64,000 nucleotides of DNA from a virus: positions 1 through 64,000 of the IMG/VR virus record IMGVR_UViG_3300045988_062648, one strand, 5' to 3'. Both the position numbers and the translations under genes were made by a program. Each line of letters begins with the position of its first letter. Position 1 is the first letter of the stretch. Under the pieces are notes generated by a model. The model made no database searches, was not told the origin of the DNA, and saw only the letters and a list, made by a program, of their open reading frames with translations. Positions 9,356 through 18,394 of the stretch are shown piece after piece.

Positions 9356-10681
9356 ATGGGAGAAAATGAACTTGATTTAGGTTTCCAGCCAACACTTAAT
9401 ATAGGTGGTGGGAACAAAGGAGAAGACAACACTAAGCCAAATGAAGAAATAACACATCTTAATGGTAAAGGTGACCCTACAAATCCTGAAGATGTAACAG
9501 GTAAAGATGGTACTAAACCTGGAGAACAACCTATAATAGAAGATTCTAATAAAGGAGAAGAAGAGAAGAAAGATGGTGTAGAGCCTGCAAACCCTTCTAC
9601 GGGGGGGCTAGAACCCAATTCTCAAATTGAATATGATGGCCAAGTATATACCGTAGATGAAAATGGTAATATAGTTGATGATAAAGGTCAAATATTTAAA
9701 GAAGCTAAAGATGTTGAAGTTTGGCTTAAAGAAAATGAAATAGTTGATGAAACAAAAGAGACAGATGCAAATAAGATTGATATTAAAGCAATACAAGATG
9801 CATTTGGTATAGAAGTAACAGATGAAGATGGTAAACAAGTTGAATTTACTAATGATGCACAAGGTCTTAAATCTTATGTAGATTCTGTTATTGATATAAA
9901 GTCTAAAGATATACAAGAAGCTACTATTAATAGTTTTCTTGAGAATAATCCTCTTGTTGCTGAATTTATTGATTATGTACAAGTTAATAATGGTAGTCCT
10001 GTAGGATTTGGAACAATTCCTGATAGAAGTAAAATTCAACTTAATAAGGATAATGAACAACAGCAAGAGTATATCATACGAATGGCTGCTAAAGAATTTG
10101 GTAATAATAGTCTTAATGATAATTACATTAAATATCTTAAAGACAGCGGAGGTTTGTATGATGAAGCTAAAGCTCAACTTGAAGCTCTTGTAAATAAAGA
10201 TAAACAAGTACGTGAGAATATAGCTAAACAAGCTGAAGCTCAACGTAAACAAGAAGAAGAAGATTTAGTTAATTATTGGAAAAATGTAAATTCTATTATT
10301 GAGAACAGAAACATTGCTGAATATAAACTTCCTGAGAGTTTTACAAAAGAAGTAGATGGTAAGAAAACAATAGTAACACCAAATGACTTCTTTAATTATC
10401 TGACAAGGCGTACAGTTGTTGATGAACAAGGTAATAGAATAACACCTTATCAAAGAGATTTATATGCAATAACCGAAGAGGAAGAACTTAATAAAGACTT
10501 ACTTGATGCTTGGTTAATGTTCACAGGTGGTACATATAAAGATTTAGTAGATATGGCAATTAAAGAAGATAATGTTCGTAAATTGCGTATTAAGTCTAAA
10601 GAACAACGTACTATTAAACCTATTAAGATTGTTAAGAAAGCAAATGGAGGTAAAGTTGATATTAATGATATTGTGTTATAA
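9356..10681 (+). CDS. acidic coiled-coil protein, putative scaffolding protein
   Basis: 441 aa, very acidic N-terminal half (GEDNTKPNEE..., EEEKKDG), helical KAQLEALVNKDKQVRENIAKQAEAQRKQEEE; located between portal and capsid genes; contains dispersed motif copy (9592-9618). Confidence 0.35.
   Translation: MGENELDLGFQPTLNIGGGNKGEDNTKPNEEITHLNGKGDPTNPEDVTGKDGTKPGEQPIIEDSNKGEEEKKDGVEPANPSTGGLEPNSQIEYDGQVYTVDENGNIVDDKGQIFKEAKDVEVWLKENEIVDETKETDANKIDIKAIQDAFGIEVTDEDGKQVEFTNDAQGLKSYVDSVIDIKSKDIQEATINSFLENNPLVAEFIDYVQVNNGSPVGFGTIPDRSKIQLNKDNEQQQEYIIRMAAKEFGNNSLNDNYIKYLKDSGGLYDEAKAQLEALVNKDKQVRENIAKQAEAQRKQEEEDLVNYWKNVNSIIENRNIAEYKLPESFTKEVDGKKTIVTPNDFFNYLTRRTVVDEQGNRITPYQRDLYAITEEEELNKDLLDAWLMFTGGTYKDLVDMAIKEDNVRKLRIKSKEQRTIKPIKIVKKANGGKVDINDIVL
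9592..9618 (+). repeat. dispersed motif copy (forward, variant): cccttctacgggggggctagaacccaa
   Basis: inside scaffold-like CDS (PSTGGLEPN). Confidence 0.65.
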
Positions 10682-10714
10682 ATCCATTAATGTTTAATTT
10701 ATAGTAGTTTAATT

Positions 10715-12190
10715 ATGTACAAATTAAGAGAAGTACAACGTGGTAATTATGATGACCGTGGTTATTCTAATGAGGAAACCATAGCACATCTAATGCTTCA
10801 AAAACCTGCTGAAATTAACAGTATTCTGACTTATACTTATGGTATGGACGATGATAGGTTTCCTCTTACTTTCTTAACAGAGGGTCAAGGAAATGCTGGA
10901 GTTGTTGATATTGATACTGTTCAATGGACGTGGAAGACTATGGGACGTATGAAGTTTAATGATTATGTTCTATGGTTTGATACAAGTAATACTACACCTG
11001 GTAAAGGTGGTGCTATGTTCGATGTTGAGTTTAAGACTCACTGGCTTATTGAGCAATATGGTCTTATAGCTCCTGATGGACATACTCAAGTACGTATTAT
11101 GAAAGACCTTGGAGAAGGTGCTCATGGAGGTTATTTGTATCGTCTTAAACTTACTAGTCCTAATCCTAATGCTTATTGTGATCTTGATAATCTTGTTGTA
11201 GGTAAGTATTGGAGTATGACAGCTCCTACTATAAGTGAATCTTATAGTAAAGGTAATAGGAGTAATGTAATGGGACCTGGCAAGATGACAAGTCAACTTG
11301 AGTTCCACCGTTACTCAAAGGAAATTGCAGGTAATATTTCAAATGTTGTAGTAAGTTACGAGTTTAAGACTAAGACTGGTGGTACAACTAATCTTTGGAT
11401 TAATGAGGAAATGCGTCAACATGATATTACTTGTCGTATTATGGATGAGGAACGTCTTTGGGTTTCAGAGTATAACCGTACAGAGAATGGTGAAATTACT
11501 CTTCTTGACCCTGATAATGGTCAACCAATTCCTCATACAGCAGGTATGATTGAGATTTGTCGTGAGAGTAATTATGATACTTATGGAGAAGTTCTTACTC
11601 TTAATAAGATTGAACGTTCTGTAGGTGATGTTCTTGACAAGGATACAGATACTGGTACTATGGAGGTTGTACTTATGGCTGGTAAAGGTTTCATGGAAGA
11701 CTTTGATATAGCTATTCGTAACGATGCTCGTAGTGAAGGATTTGTTACTCCTCTTGGTGATAAGATGATTGAAGATTTCAATGGTGGACTTTCTTATGGA
11801 AAGTATTTCCGTCGTTATAAAACTGTAGATAATCATATTATTACAGTACAACATCTTCCTTTCCTCGACCATGGTACTATTGCAGAGAATGATAAAGCTA
11901 ATGGCAATATTCATCCTCGTACTGGTCGTCCTATGAGTTCTCACCAAGCATTCCTTATAGACATGTCTACTTATCAAGGAGTACGTAATGTACGTAAAGT
12001 TCGTCAAAAGGGACAAATCTATAAGATTGGTATTCTGAAAGGTCTTACAGATATTCCTGCTTCTTGGGGTGCAGTACCTAATAATTCTATATCTACCGAG
12101 ATTGATATGTCAAGGTATGAAATTAAGAATAGCTACGGTCTGCAAGTAAACAACGCTACCAAGATGATGCAGTTGAAGTGTGTACTCTAA
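10715..12190 (+). CDS. putative major capsid protein
   Basis: 491 aa, size and position (after scaffold-like gene, about 2 kb past portal) typical for HK97-fold MCP of crAss-like podophages; inference. Confidence 0.45.
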   Translation: MYKLREVQRGNYDDRGYSNEETIAHLMLQKPAEINSILTYTYGMDDDRFPLTFLTEGQGNAGVVDIDTVQWTWKTMGRMKFNDYVLWFDTSNTTPGKGGAMFDVEFKTHWLIEQYGLIAPDGHTQVRIMKDLGEGAHGGYLYRLKLTSPNPNAYCDLDNLVVGKYWSMTAPTISESYSKGNRSNVMGPGKMTSQLEFHRYSKEIAGNISNVVVSYEFKTKTGGTTNLWINEEMRQHDITCRIMDEERLWVSEYNRTENGEITLLDPDNGQPIPHTAGMIEICRESNYDTYGEVLTLNKIERSVGDVLDKDTDTGTMEVVLMAGKGFMEDFDIAIRNDARSEGFVTPLGDKMIEDFNGGLSYGKYFRRYKTVDNHIITVQHLPFLDHGTIAENDKANGNIHPRTGRPMSSHQAFLIDMSTYQGVRNVRKVRQKGQIYKIGILKGLTDIPASWGAVPNNSISTEIDMSRYEIKNSYGLQVNNATKMMQLKCVL

Positions 12191-12219
12191 AAGTTGATAA
12201 TTAAATAAGGGTCGATACT

Positions 12220-13341
12220 ATGTCACAATTAAATCTAAATCCAGATAGTGCAGCTAAAAGTGAAGTTGTAAACCAAGCTGCTCAACAAGAGATTGCAGCA
12301 GCATCTAGTGTAAGCGAAGAAAAAGAAGCTGAACTGAATGCAGAATATGTTGATAATCGTACTATCACTATATCTCTAATTCATAATTATTCTACTTATC
12401 GCAAAGCTAACATGAAAGTTCTAGGACAGCGTAAAGAGATAATTGGGAGTTCTATTACTTCATGTCGTACACTTTCATCTAATAGAGGTGAAGTAGAAGC
12501 ATATTTTCCAGCACTTATAGGTTTATCTCCAAATAATCCTGAATTTATTACTCGTGTTAAGGCTTGGCTTAGTAACATACAAGTAGCCGTAAACGACAAT
12601 GACATGGTGTTGAATATATCTTTTATATATAATCATAAAAGAGATTATTTGGCATTTAAAGCTAAGGAAGAAAAGATTGATGAGGAATATGAAAGAGTAG
12701 ACAGAGCTAATCTTAAAGCAATTAAAGATGCAATTAAGAAACGTGTTGAAGCTCTTAATGCTCTTGAAAGTTCTAAATATCAATATGGACGACCTGTTAA
12801 TCTTGAACAATATCTTATATATAGGCATTGTCTTTTGTATAAGGATGTTGCAAAGGATATGGCTTTGATTAATTCAGATAATAGTCTTAGATTCTATATT
12901 AAAGACGAGAATAAAGAAGCTGCTAAACGTAAGAAACTTACTGAAGAACGTGTTCGTGCAATGCGTAACTTTGTAGAAATTGGTGCTTCTGATAGTAAAT
13001 TTAATGCTGTGTTTGTTGCTATTGTTATTTATCTTGGTAGGCAACTTGCTACAGAACTTCTCAAGACAGATGATGAAAAGAAAGCTATTGCTATTCAATT
13101 CGTTAATGAACATCCTGATAAGTTTAATAAGATAGTTAATGATAGGAATATAAGTGTTAAAGCGTTTATTGAAACACTTATAGCTCGTGGTGAACTTGTA
13201 CGTTCCGAGTATAATCAACAAATATCTACAGCTGATGGTACATTTATAGGAAGTAATATGAATGACGCTATTGCTTATTTCAATAATCCTAATAATAAAG
13301 ATGTACGTACAGCTTATGAGAATAAATTGAAACTCTTTTAA
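12220..13341 (+). CDS. hypothetical virion-module protein
   Basis: 373-aa ORF in capsid gene block. Confidence 0.4.
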   Translation: MSQLNLNPDSAAKSEVVNQAAQQEIAAASSVSEEKEAELNAEYVDNRTITISLIHNYSTYRKANMKVLGQRKEIIGSSITSCRTLSSNRGEVEAYFPALIGLSPNNPEFITRVKAWLSNIQVAVNDNDMVLNISFIYNHKRDYLAFKAKEEKIDEEYERVDRANLKAIKDAIKKRVEALNALESSKYQYGRPVNLEQYLIYRHCLLYKDVAKDMALINSDNSLRFYIKDENKEAAKRKKLTEERVRAMRNFVEIGASDSKFNAVFVAIVIYLGRQLATELLKTDDEKKAIAIQFVNEHPDKFNKIVNDRNISVKAFIETLIARGELVRSEYNQQISTADGTFIGSNMNDAIAYFNNPNNKDVRTAYENKLKLF

Positions 13342-13352
13342 GTAATAGAGAT

Positions 13353-14222
13353 ATGACTATATCAGAGATGCATATATATTTTCGTCAGTATGCTCAACAA
13401 ATGGGTATGCAAAATGTTCGTGCTATACTTCCCGAACAAATAGACATATTGCTTAATACGAGCATTTCTGACACTGTTAATCAAATCATTAGAGAAAATA
13501 TCGGTGTTACTTCTGACAGAGTAATCACCGATAACTCTAAGATTGGTAGCATTAATTCTCTTAGGACATTATATAGAGTACATGAAGAATCATTTGAAAA
13601 TATATTTTTAAGTGGTGATAATAATGGTCACATGGTTCATCTTAAAACAAATGATACAGAACTTGAAAATATAGATTTTATTGATAGTAATAAAGGGCCT
13701 AGATATTTGTTTATAGTAGATTTTGCTATTAATTATAAAAGAACAGAGGCTAATTTTATAACAAACTATTTTCCTGTTCGTATTATAGATGATATATATC
13801 TTGCAGATGTTCTTAATGACTTTATACTTTGTCCTAGATTTCGTTCTCCTATAATAACTGTTACTAATATGAGAAGTACTAATAGTACAGAACTTTCTAA
13901 AAGTAACATTATTCAGTTAGATTTGTATATTGATAAAGGAGAAATAACAGACGATAATGTTAAAGCTAAACTTTATAATGGACTTGTTCCTAATCAGTTT
14001 AGAATAAGTTATTTAGGAAAGCCTAATACAGTTGTATTTAATGAAGATAATGAAGGTACTTCTGTAAATTGTGATTTGCCTGAATATACTCATGTTGATA
14101 TAGTTAAACATGCTGTTGACCTTTATCATACTGCTTTACAAGGTAGTTTATATGCTGCTCAACAAGCAGAACAACAACAGCAACGAGAGAACGTTCGTAA
14201 TAATGCTAGAAATGATAATTAA
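13353..14222 (+). CDS. hypothetical virion-module protein
   Basis: 289-aa ORF in capsid gene block. Confidence 0.4.
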   Translation: MTISEMHIYFRQYAQQMGMQNVRAILPEQIDILLNTSISDTVNQIIRENIGVTSDRVITDNSKIGSINSLRTLYRVHEESFENIFLSGDNNGHMVHLKTNDTELENIDFIDSNKGPRYLFIVDFAINYKRTEANFITNYFPVRIIDDIYLADVLNDFILCPRFRSPIITVTNMRSTNSTELSKSNIIQLDLYIDKGEITDDNVKAKLYNGLVPNQFRISYLGKPNTVVFNEDNEGTSVNCDLPEYTHVDIVKHAVDLYHTALQGSLYAAQQAEQQQQRENVRNNARNDN

Positions 14223-14237
14223 TTAAATGATTAAATT

Positions 14238-15125
14238 ATGAGACAGTTACTTATTGTAAATAGTGCTGCTACAGTTCCTAGTGGAAATGTTGACTTGAGT
14301 GCTTTAACTGCTGGTCAACTTGGTACTTTTGAACTTGGTGCTAAAACTTATGCCACAGCACTTCCGACTAAGAATTTTGGTATTGCTCTTGGTCGTGGTA
14401 ATAATTCTCCTGCATTTATAATTCCTGAAGTAGATGTTGATACTCTTACAGTTCAAATGGCTAATCCTACTAAAGGAAGTGGTACAAATGCTTTTGACCC
14501 AGCTGGTGTAGCGTTTACTGCAAAGATAACAGTTCCTACTACTATAGAAGTTGGACGTAATTATACAGTTGTACTTGTTAAGAAAGGTATTCAGTTTAAT
14601 GAGCGTAGTAATTATACTGTTACTACTTTTGTAACTAAGTCTACTACTACCGCAGCAGAGATTGCAACCGATCTTGCAAATCAACTTCAAGCTATGGCTG
14701 ATGCAGGTACTCTTAATATTACAGCTCAAGCTGCTGGCGCAGTTATTACAGTTACAGGTCTTAATAAAGGCGAGCAGTTTGCCCTTAAAGGTGGCGATGC
14801 ACTTATGGGATGTGAAACTGGTGATGCTACAGAAGCTCAACCTATTATATTTGACAAAGCTGCTATTCAAGATCTTGCTAGCCGTTGTGCTGCTGGTAAA
14901 GGCTTTGAGTATAGGTATAAGGCAGGAGAGTATATTTATCCTGGTGATCCCGAAGCTGTTGAAGATACTACTTATGCACTAATTACTCTCCGTTTTGCGG
15001 TTGGTCGTGCAGCTAGCAAACAACGTGATGAACGAGTATGGCAAGTTGTATATATTGCAGTTCCTACTGCCAAATATACTGCATTTAGTGCTCTGTTTGC
15101 TCCAGCGGAAGATGGAGGAGAATAA
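14238..15125 (+). CDS. Ala/Thr/Gly-rich structural protein (possible auxiliary/decoration capsid protein)
   Basis: 295 aa, locally higher GC and codon bias than neighbours, followed by a strong hairpin at 15141-15167, suggesting an abundant late protein. Confidence 0.4.
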   Translation: MRQLLIVNSAATVPSGNVDLSALTAGQLGTFELGAKTYATALPTKNFGIALGRGNNSPAFIIPEVDVDTLTVQMANPTKGSGTNAFDPAGVAFTAKITVPTTIEVGRNYTVVLVKKGIQFNERSNYTVTTFVTKSTTTAAEIATDLANQLQAMADAGTLNITAQAAGAVITVTGLNKGEQFALKGGDALMGCETGDATEAQPIIFDKAAIQDLASRCAAGKGFEYRYKAGEYIYPGDPEAVEDTTYALITLRFAVGRAASKQRDERVWQVVYIAVPTAKYTAFSALFAPAEDGGE

Positions 15126-15140
15126 GAATTAAATGAAAGT

Positions 15141-15177
15141 CTACAACCTCTTCTACGGGGGTTGTAGATTTCAACTT
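15141..15177 (+). repeat. dispersed motif copy (forward, subtype A) embedded in an 8-bp-stem hairpin CTACAACC-tcttctacggg-GGTTGTAG
   Basis: ctacaacctcttctacgggggttgtagatttcaactt, 16 nt after stop of 14238-15125; terminator-like placement but no T-tract. Confidence 0.7.
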
Positions 15178-15184
15178 ATAGCTT

Positions 15185-15808
15185 ATGGGAGAGTTTGAAC
15201 AAATAACTGAAATAGTTAATGATGCAGTTCGTAATTCTTCTTATGTTACAGTTTTAATTTCAAGTGGTGTTTTTATTCTATACACACTTATTATTAAACT
15301 TGTAGATTTATTTAAAGCTAAAAATAGAAATAAGCCATTAATTGAAATGGCTGCCGCTATTAAACAAGTTAGCGAGAATGTAGTAAAACTTAATAATGTT
15401 CTCGATAGAACTTTTAAAAGTGCTGAAGCTAAAGAAATTCAGAATATTAAGAATATAATTACTCTAAGTTGTGATAGTTGGAAATTTGATATTATTTATT
15501 ATTGTGGTGACATTATAACACATAATAATATACAAATTAACGAACACGCTATTAAACAAAATCTACATAAATATATAAATACAGAGTATTATAAACTTTA
15601 TTCTCTTTTATCAGCATATGAAATTAATGATGTTAATGTTTCTACTAAAATAAAAGACGAATGGATTGAAGAACTAACAAAAGAATGTATTAATATAATC
15701 TTTAATGGTCAAGAGAAAGATGTTCGCATAGTTCAACTTGCTAATAAAATACAGATTATTGTTAATAACTATTCTGTTTATCTTATGAATAAAGTTTTTA
15801 ATCATTAA
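15185..15808 (+). CDS. hypothetical protein with N-terminal transmembrane helix
   Basis: 207 aa; YVTVLISSGVFILYTLIIKLV hydrophobic segment. Confidence 0.4.
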   Translation: MGEFEQITEIVNDAVRNSSYVTVLISSGVFILYTLIIKLVDLFKAKNRNKPLIEMAAAIKQVSENVVKLNNVLDRTFKSAEAKEIQNIKNIITLSCDSWKFDIIYYCGDIITHNNIQINEHAIKQNLHKYINTEYYKLYSLLSAYEINDVNVSTKIKDEWIEELTKECINIIFNGQEKDVRIVQLANKIQIIVNNYSVYLMNKVFNH

Positions 15809-15820
15809 TAAGAAGTTCTT

Positions 15821-16060
15821 ATGAATGATAAAATAATAGATATTGCAATAGATAACCTTGAGCAGAAAGCAATTAAGACTAGTCTAGTTAATATTGCTTT
15901 AACTGCTCAAGGTTATGTCGTAAATAAAGCTAAGAAAGCTAAATTAGAGTGGAGTAGTATTCTTATTCATGCTTTCGAGAATTATGTTCTTTTTGATGAA
16001 ACTGAACAAAAGAATATAGAGTTTATGTATAATAAAGTTTTTAATGATGGACGAGCTTAA
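15821..16060 (+). CDS. hypothetical small protein
   Basis: 79-aa ORF, ATG start. Confidence 0.35.
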   Translation: MNDKIIDIAIDNLEQKAIKTSLVNIALTAQGYVVNKAKKAKLEWSSILIHAFENYVLFDETEQKNIEFMYNKVFNDGRA

Positions 16061-16508
16061 AGAAATAACTCCTGAGTATGTTTATGTAACTATTCCAGCA
16101 AATTATATTTGTATATATCATAAAATACTTGTACTTCTTGCTGAATATGGTATAAGTATGCTTAAAGATTGTAGTGCTAAATGTACTCCAAGAAATAAAA
16201 CAATTATAGATTGTTTTAATATGTTTAATGCTGCTGTAGCAGCTCGTAAATTAGGACAAGATAAAGTTGCTGAAACTATTATTAAATATGTTGACGGGCA
16301 ACTTAAACTTATATATAAAAACGAAATAGATACAAATATCGTATTTCCTGTCGATAAACATGGTCATCTTAAAGCTATTATAAGTTGCAATGGTGATAAT
16401 CCTAAATTTTATATTGACCCTGATAGTGGAGAACTTGTTGAAAATGCAACAGATGAAAGTAATAATGTAGAATTTGGTCTTGATGAAACTGATTTAAATG
16501 CTGAATAA
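16044..16508 (+). CDS. hypothetical protein
   Basis: 154-aa ORF overlapping previous by 17 nt. Confidence 0.35.
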   Translation: MMDELKEITPEYVYVTIPANYICIYHKILVLLAEYGISMLKDCSAKCTPRNKTIIDCFNMFNAAVAARKLGQDKVAETIIKYVDGQLKLIYKNEIDTNIVFPVDKHGHLKAIISCNGDNPKFYIDPDSGELVENATDESNNVEFGLDETDLNAE

Positions 16509-16511
16509 TAT

Positions 16512-17648
16512 ATGAAAACTATAAAAGAATATCTTGGTAAAGTTAGTATAACTTGTAATGGACTTTGGGATGTACAAAGAGAATATGATAGATTGTGTCT
16601 TATACATGATGGTTTCTTTGCAAGTTATGTTAGTCGTAAAAGTGTACCTGCCGGAATACCTCTTACTAATACAGAATACTGGCAACCTGTTGCTTCTCTT
16701 CGTGATGACGTTAAAGTTCATGCTAAAGAATTTGAAGATAAAGTTATTCAGTTGCTTGCTCAAATTCAACTTAAACTTAAAAGTGCTCGTATAGTAGTAA
16801 AAGATATAATTGAACGTGATGCTCTTACTATTAATGAAGTAGCTCCGGGTTGTGAAGTTTATGTTCTTGAAACTAAACAAAGTTGGATACTTGATAGTAT
16901 TGTCTGTTCAAGTGATGAAAATAATAATTATAAAGAATGGCATCTTGAAGTAGATAGCAAAATAGATAGTGAAGAGAAATATGAACTTGAAGGACAGTTT
17001 GGCACTCTTACAGCAGATAGAGCTATATGTGATGCTTATGGTAATATAATTCATGATACTTATATTACTCGTGAAACTATACATAATTATGTAGATGAAA
17101 TTATTAAAGAGTTTATAAAAAATTGGAAATATGAAATAGCAAACGGTACTATTACTTATGATATGTTGAGTGAAGCACTTAAACAATTTATAGGAAGTGA
17201 AGGTGCTGTTACTAATATGGCCGATGAAGAAGATTTAACCGTTATTGATAATCAACTTAAATTTAAAGATAGAGAATATCAAGATGGTTCTTTTAATGGT
17301 ATGGGTTATGTTGTTCTTCGTAAAAATATGATGAATAATATTAATCTTCTTGAACAAAGTATGATTAATAAACCTAATACTATTTATGAAGTTCGCTATC
17401 TATTTTGTCTCGACGGAAATACTATTACTTTACCTAGTAATTGTAAGATAATATTTAATGGTGGTCAATTTAATAATGGTACTATAAATTTAAATAAAGC
17501 TAAACTTATTAATCTTTTTACAGATAAAGATTTTGGTACAGCTACTAATGATGGAGATTATGCTGTTGGACAAAAACTTTGGTTTGTAGCCAATAATGCT
17601 TTAAAAGTTTATAATGGTAGTGAATGGAAAACAATAACATTACAATAA
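16512..17648 (+). CDS. putative tail fibre protein sharing a module with 21629-24661
   Basis: C-terminal half (GMGYVVLRKNMMNNINLLEQSMIN...GGQFNNGTINL...LWFVANNALKVYNGSEWKTI) aligns with GLGRVYLRKNIIDDKNILTQDMIN...GGSFTNGTLNC...LWFNTTNKTLNYWNGTEWIEL of the 1010-aa fibre. Confidence 0.45.
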   Translation: MKTIKEYLGKVSITCNGLWDVQREYDRLCLIHDGFFASYVSRKSVPAGIPLTNTEYWQPVASLRDDVKVHAKEFEDKVIQLLAQIQLKLKSARIVVKDIIERDALTINEVAPGCEVYVLETKQSWILDSIVCSSDENNNYKEWHLEVDSKIDSEEKYELEGQFGTLTADRAICDAYGNIIHDTYITRETIHNYVDEIIKEFIKNWKYEIANGTITYDMLSEALKQFIGSEGAVTNMADEEDLTVIDNQLKFKDREYQDGSFNGMGYVVLRKNMMNNINLLEQSMINKPNTIYEVRYLFCLDGNTITLPSNCKIIFNGGQFNNGTINLNKAKLINLFTDKDFGTATNDGDYAVGQKLWFVANNALKVYNGSEWKTITLQ

Positions 17649-17654
17649 GATAAT

Positions 17655-18383
17655 ATGAGCAATATTAAAGATATATGTGAAGTTGATAGAATACTACCTA
17701 TTCATCAACTTAATAAAATAAATGAAAAAGGTACTGAACGACAAAACTTTTTTCCTATTAGTGTAGTACAAGCTATATTTGATAAAACAGGTATTCGTCT
17801 TGATGCTATAATTAGTAGTTTTAATTATCTTTTTCTTCCGTGGAAAGGTACTAAAGAAGCTACTCGTCTACAAGTAGTTGGGCTTATGCGTCGTAAATCT
17901 CTTGTAGTATGTTATCGCGATTTAGATGATAATATTACTATTGAAATGTATAATAGTAATGAACGAGGTAATGACGAATGGAAGAAAGATGATAATTGGA
18001 AAGATTTTGCTGATTGGTTACTTGAAATTATAATTGGAATATTAGGTTCTTTGGATAAATATCCAGATATTAAAGAACAAATAACAAATATAATTAATAA
18101 GATTTCTAAAGAAATTATTGATAATTGGTTAGAAGAATATGCTAATACTACTATTGAAAATAAAGTAGTAGAGTTATTTAATTCTTATATTGCTGGAAGT
18201 GATTTTAAAGAATTAATAACTAATATTATAAATCAAGCAGTAAGTGACAACCTTGATACAAATTTACAACCCGCAGTAGATGAAGCTATGAATAAGTTAC
18301 AAGAATACGTTCAAGCTAATGAACGAGTTGTTGCTAATGCTCTTAGTAGACATGAAGAAGATATTTTAAATCTTAAATCTTAA
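17655..18383 (+). CDS. hypothetical protein
   Basis: 242-aa ORF in tail gene block. Confidence 0.4.
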   Translation: MSNIKDICEVDRILPIHQLNKINEKGTERQNFFPISVVQAIFDKTGIRLDAIISSFNYLFLPWKGTKEATRLQVVGLMRRKSLVVCYRDLDDNITIEMYNSNERGNDEWKKDDNWKDFADWLLEIIIGILGSLDKYPDIKEQITNIINKISKEIIDNWLEEYANTTIENKVVELFNSYIAGSDFKELITNIINQAVSDNLDTNLQPAVDEAMNKLQEYVQANERVVANALSRHEEDILNLKS

Positions 18384-18394
18384 AATCTTAAAAT

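Noticed and set aside
9340-9618. 92-aa minus-strand ORF (MGSSPPVEGF...) antisense to the scaffold-like gene
   Set aside because: Lies inside the locally GC-richer 5' end of a much longer + strand gene. Its proline/serine-rich product is typical of a spurious antisense frame.
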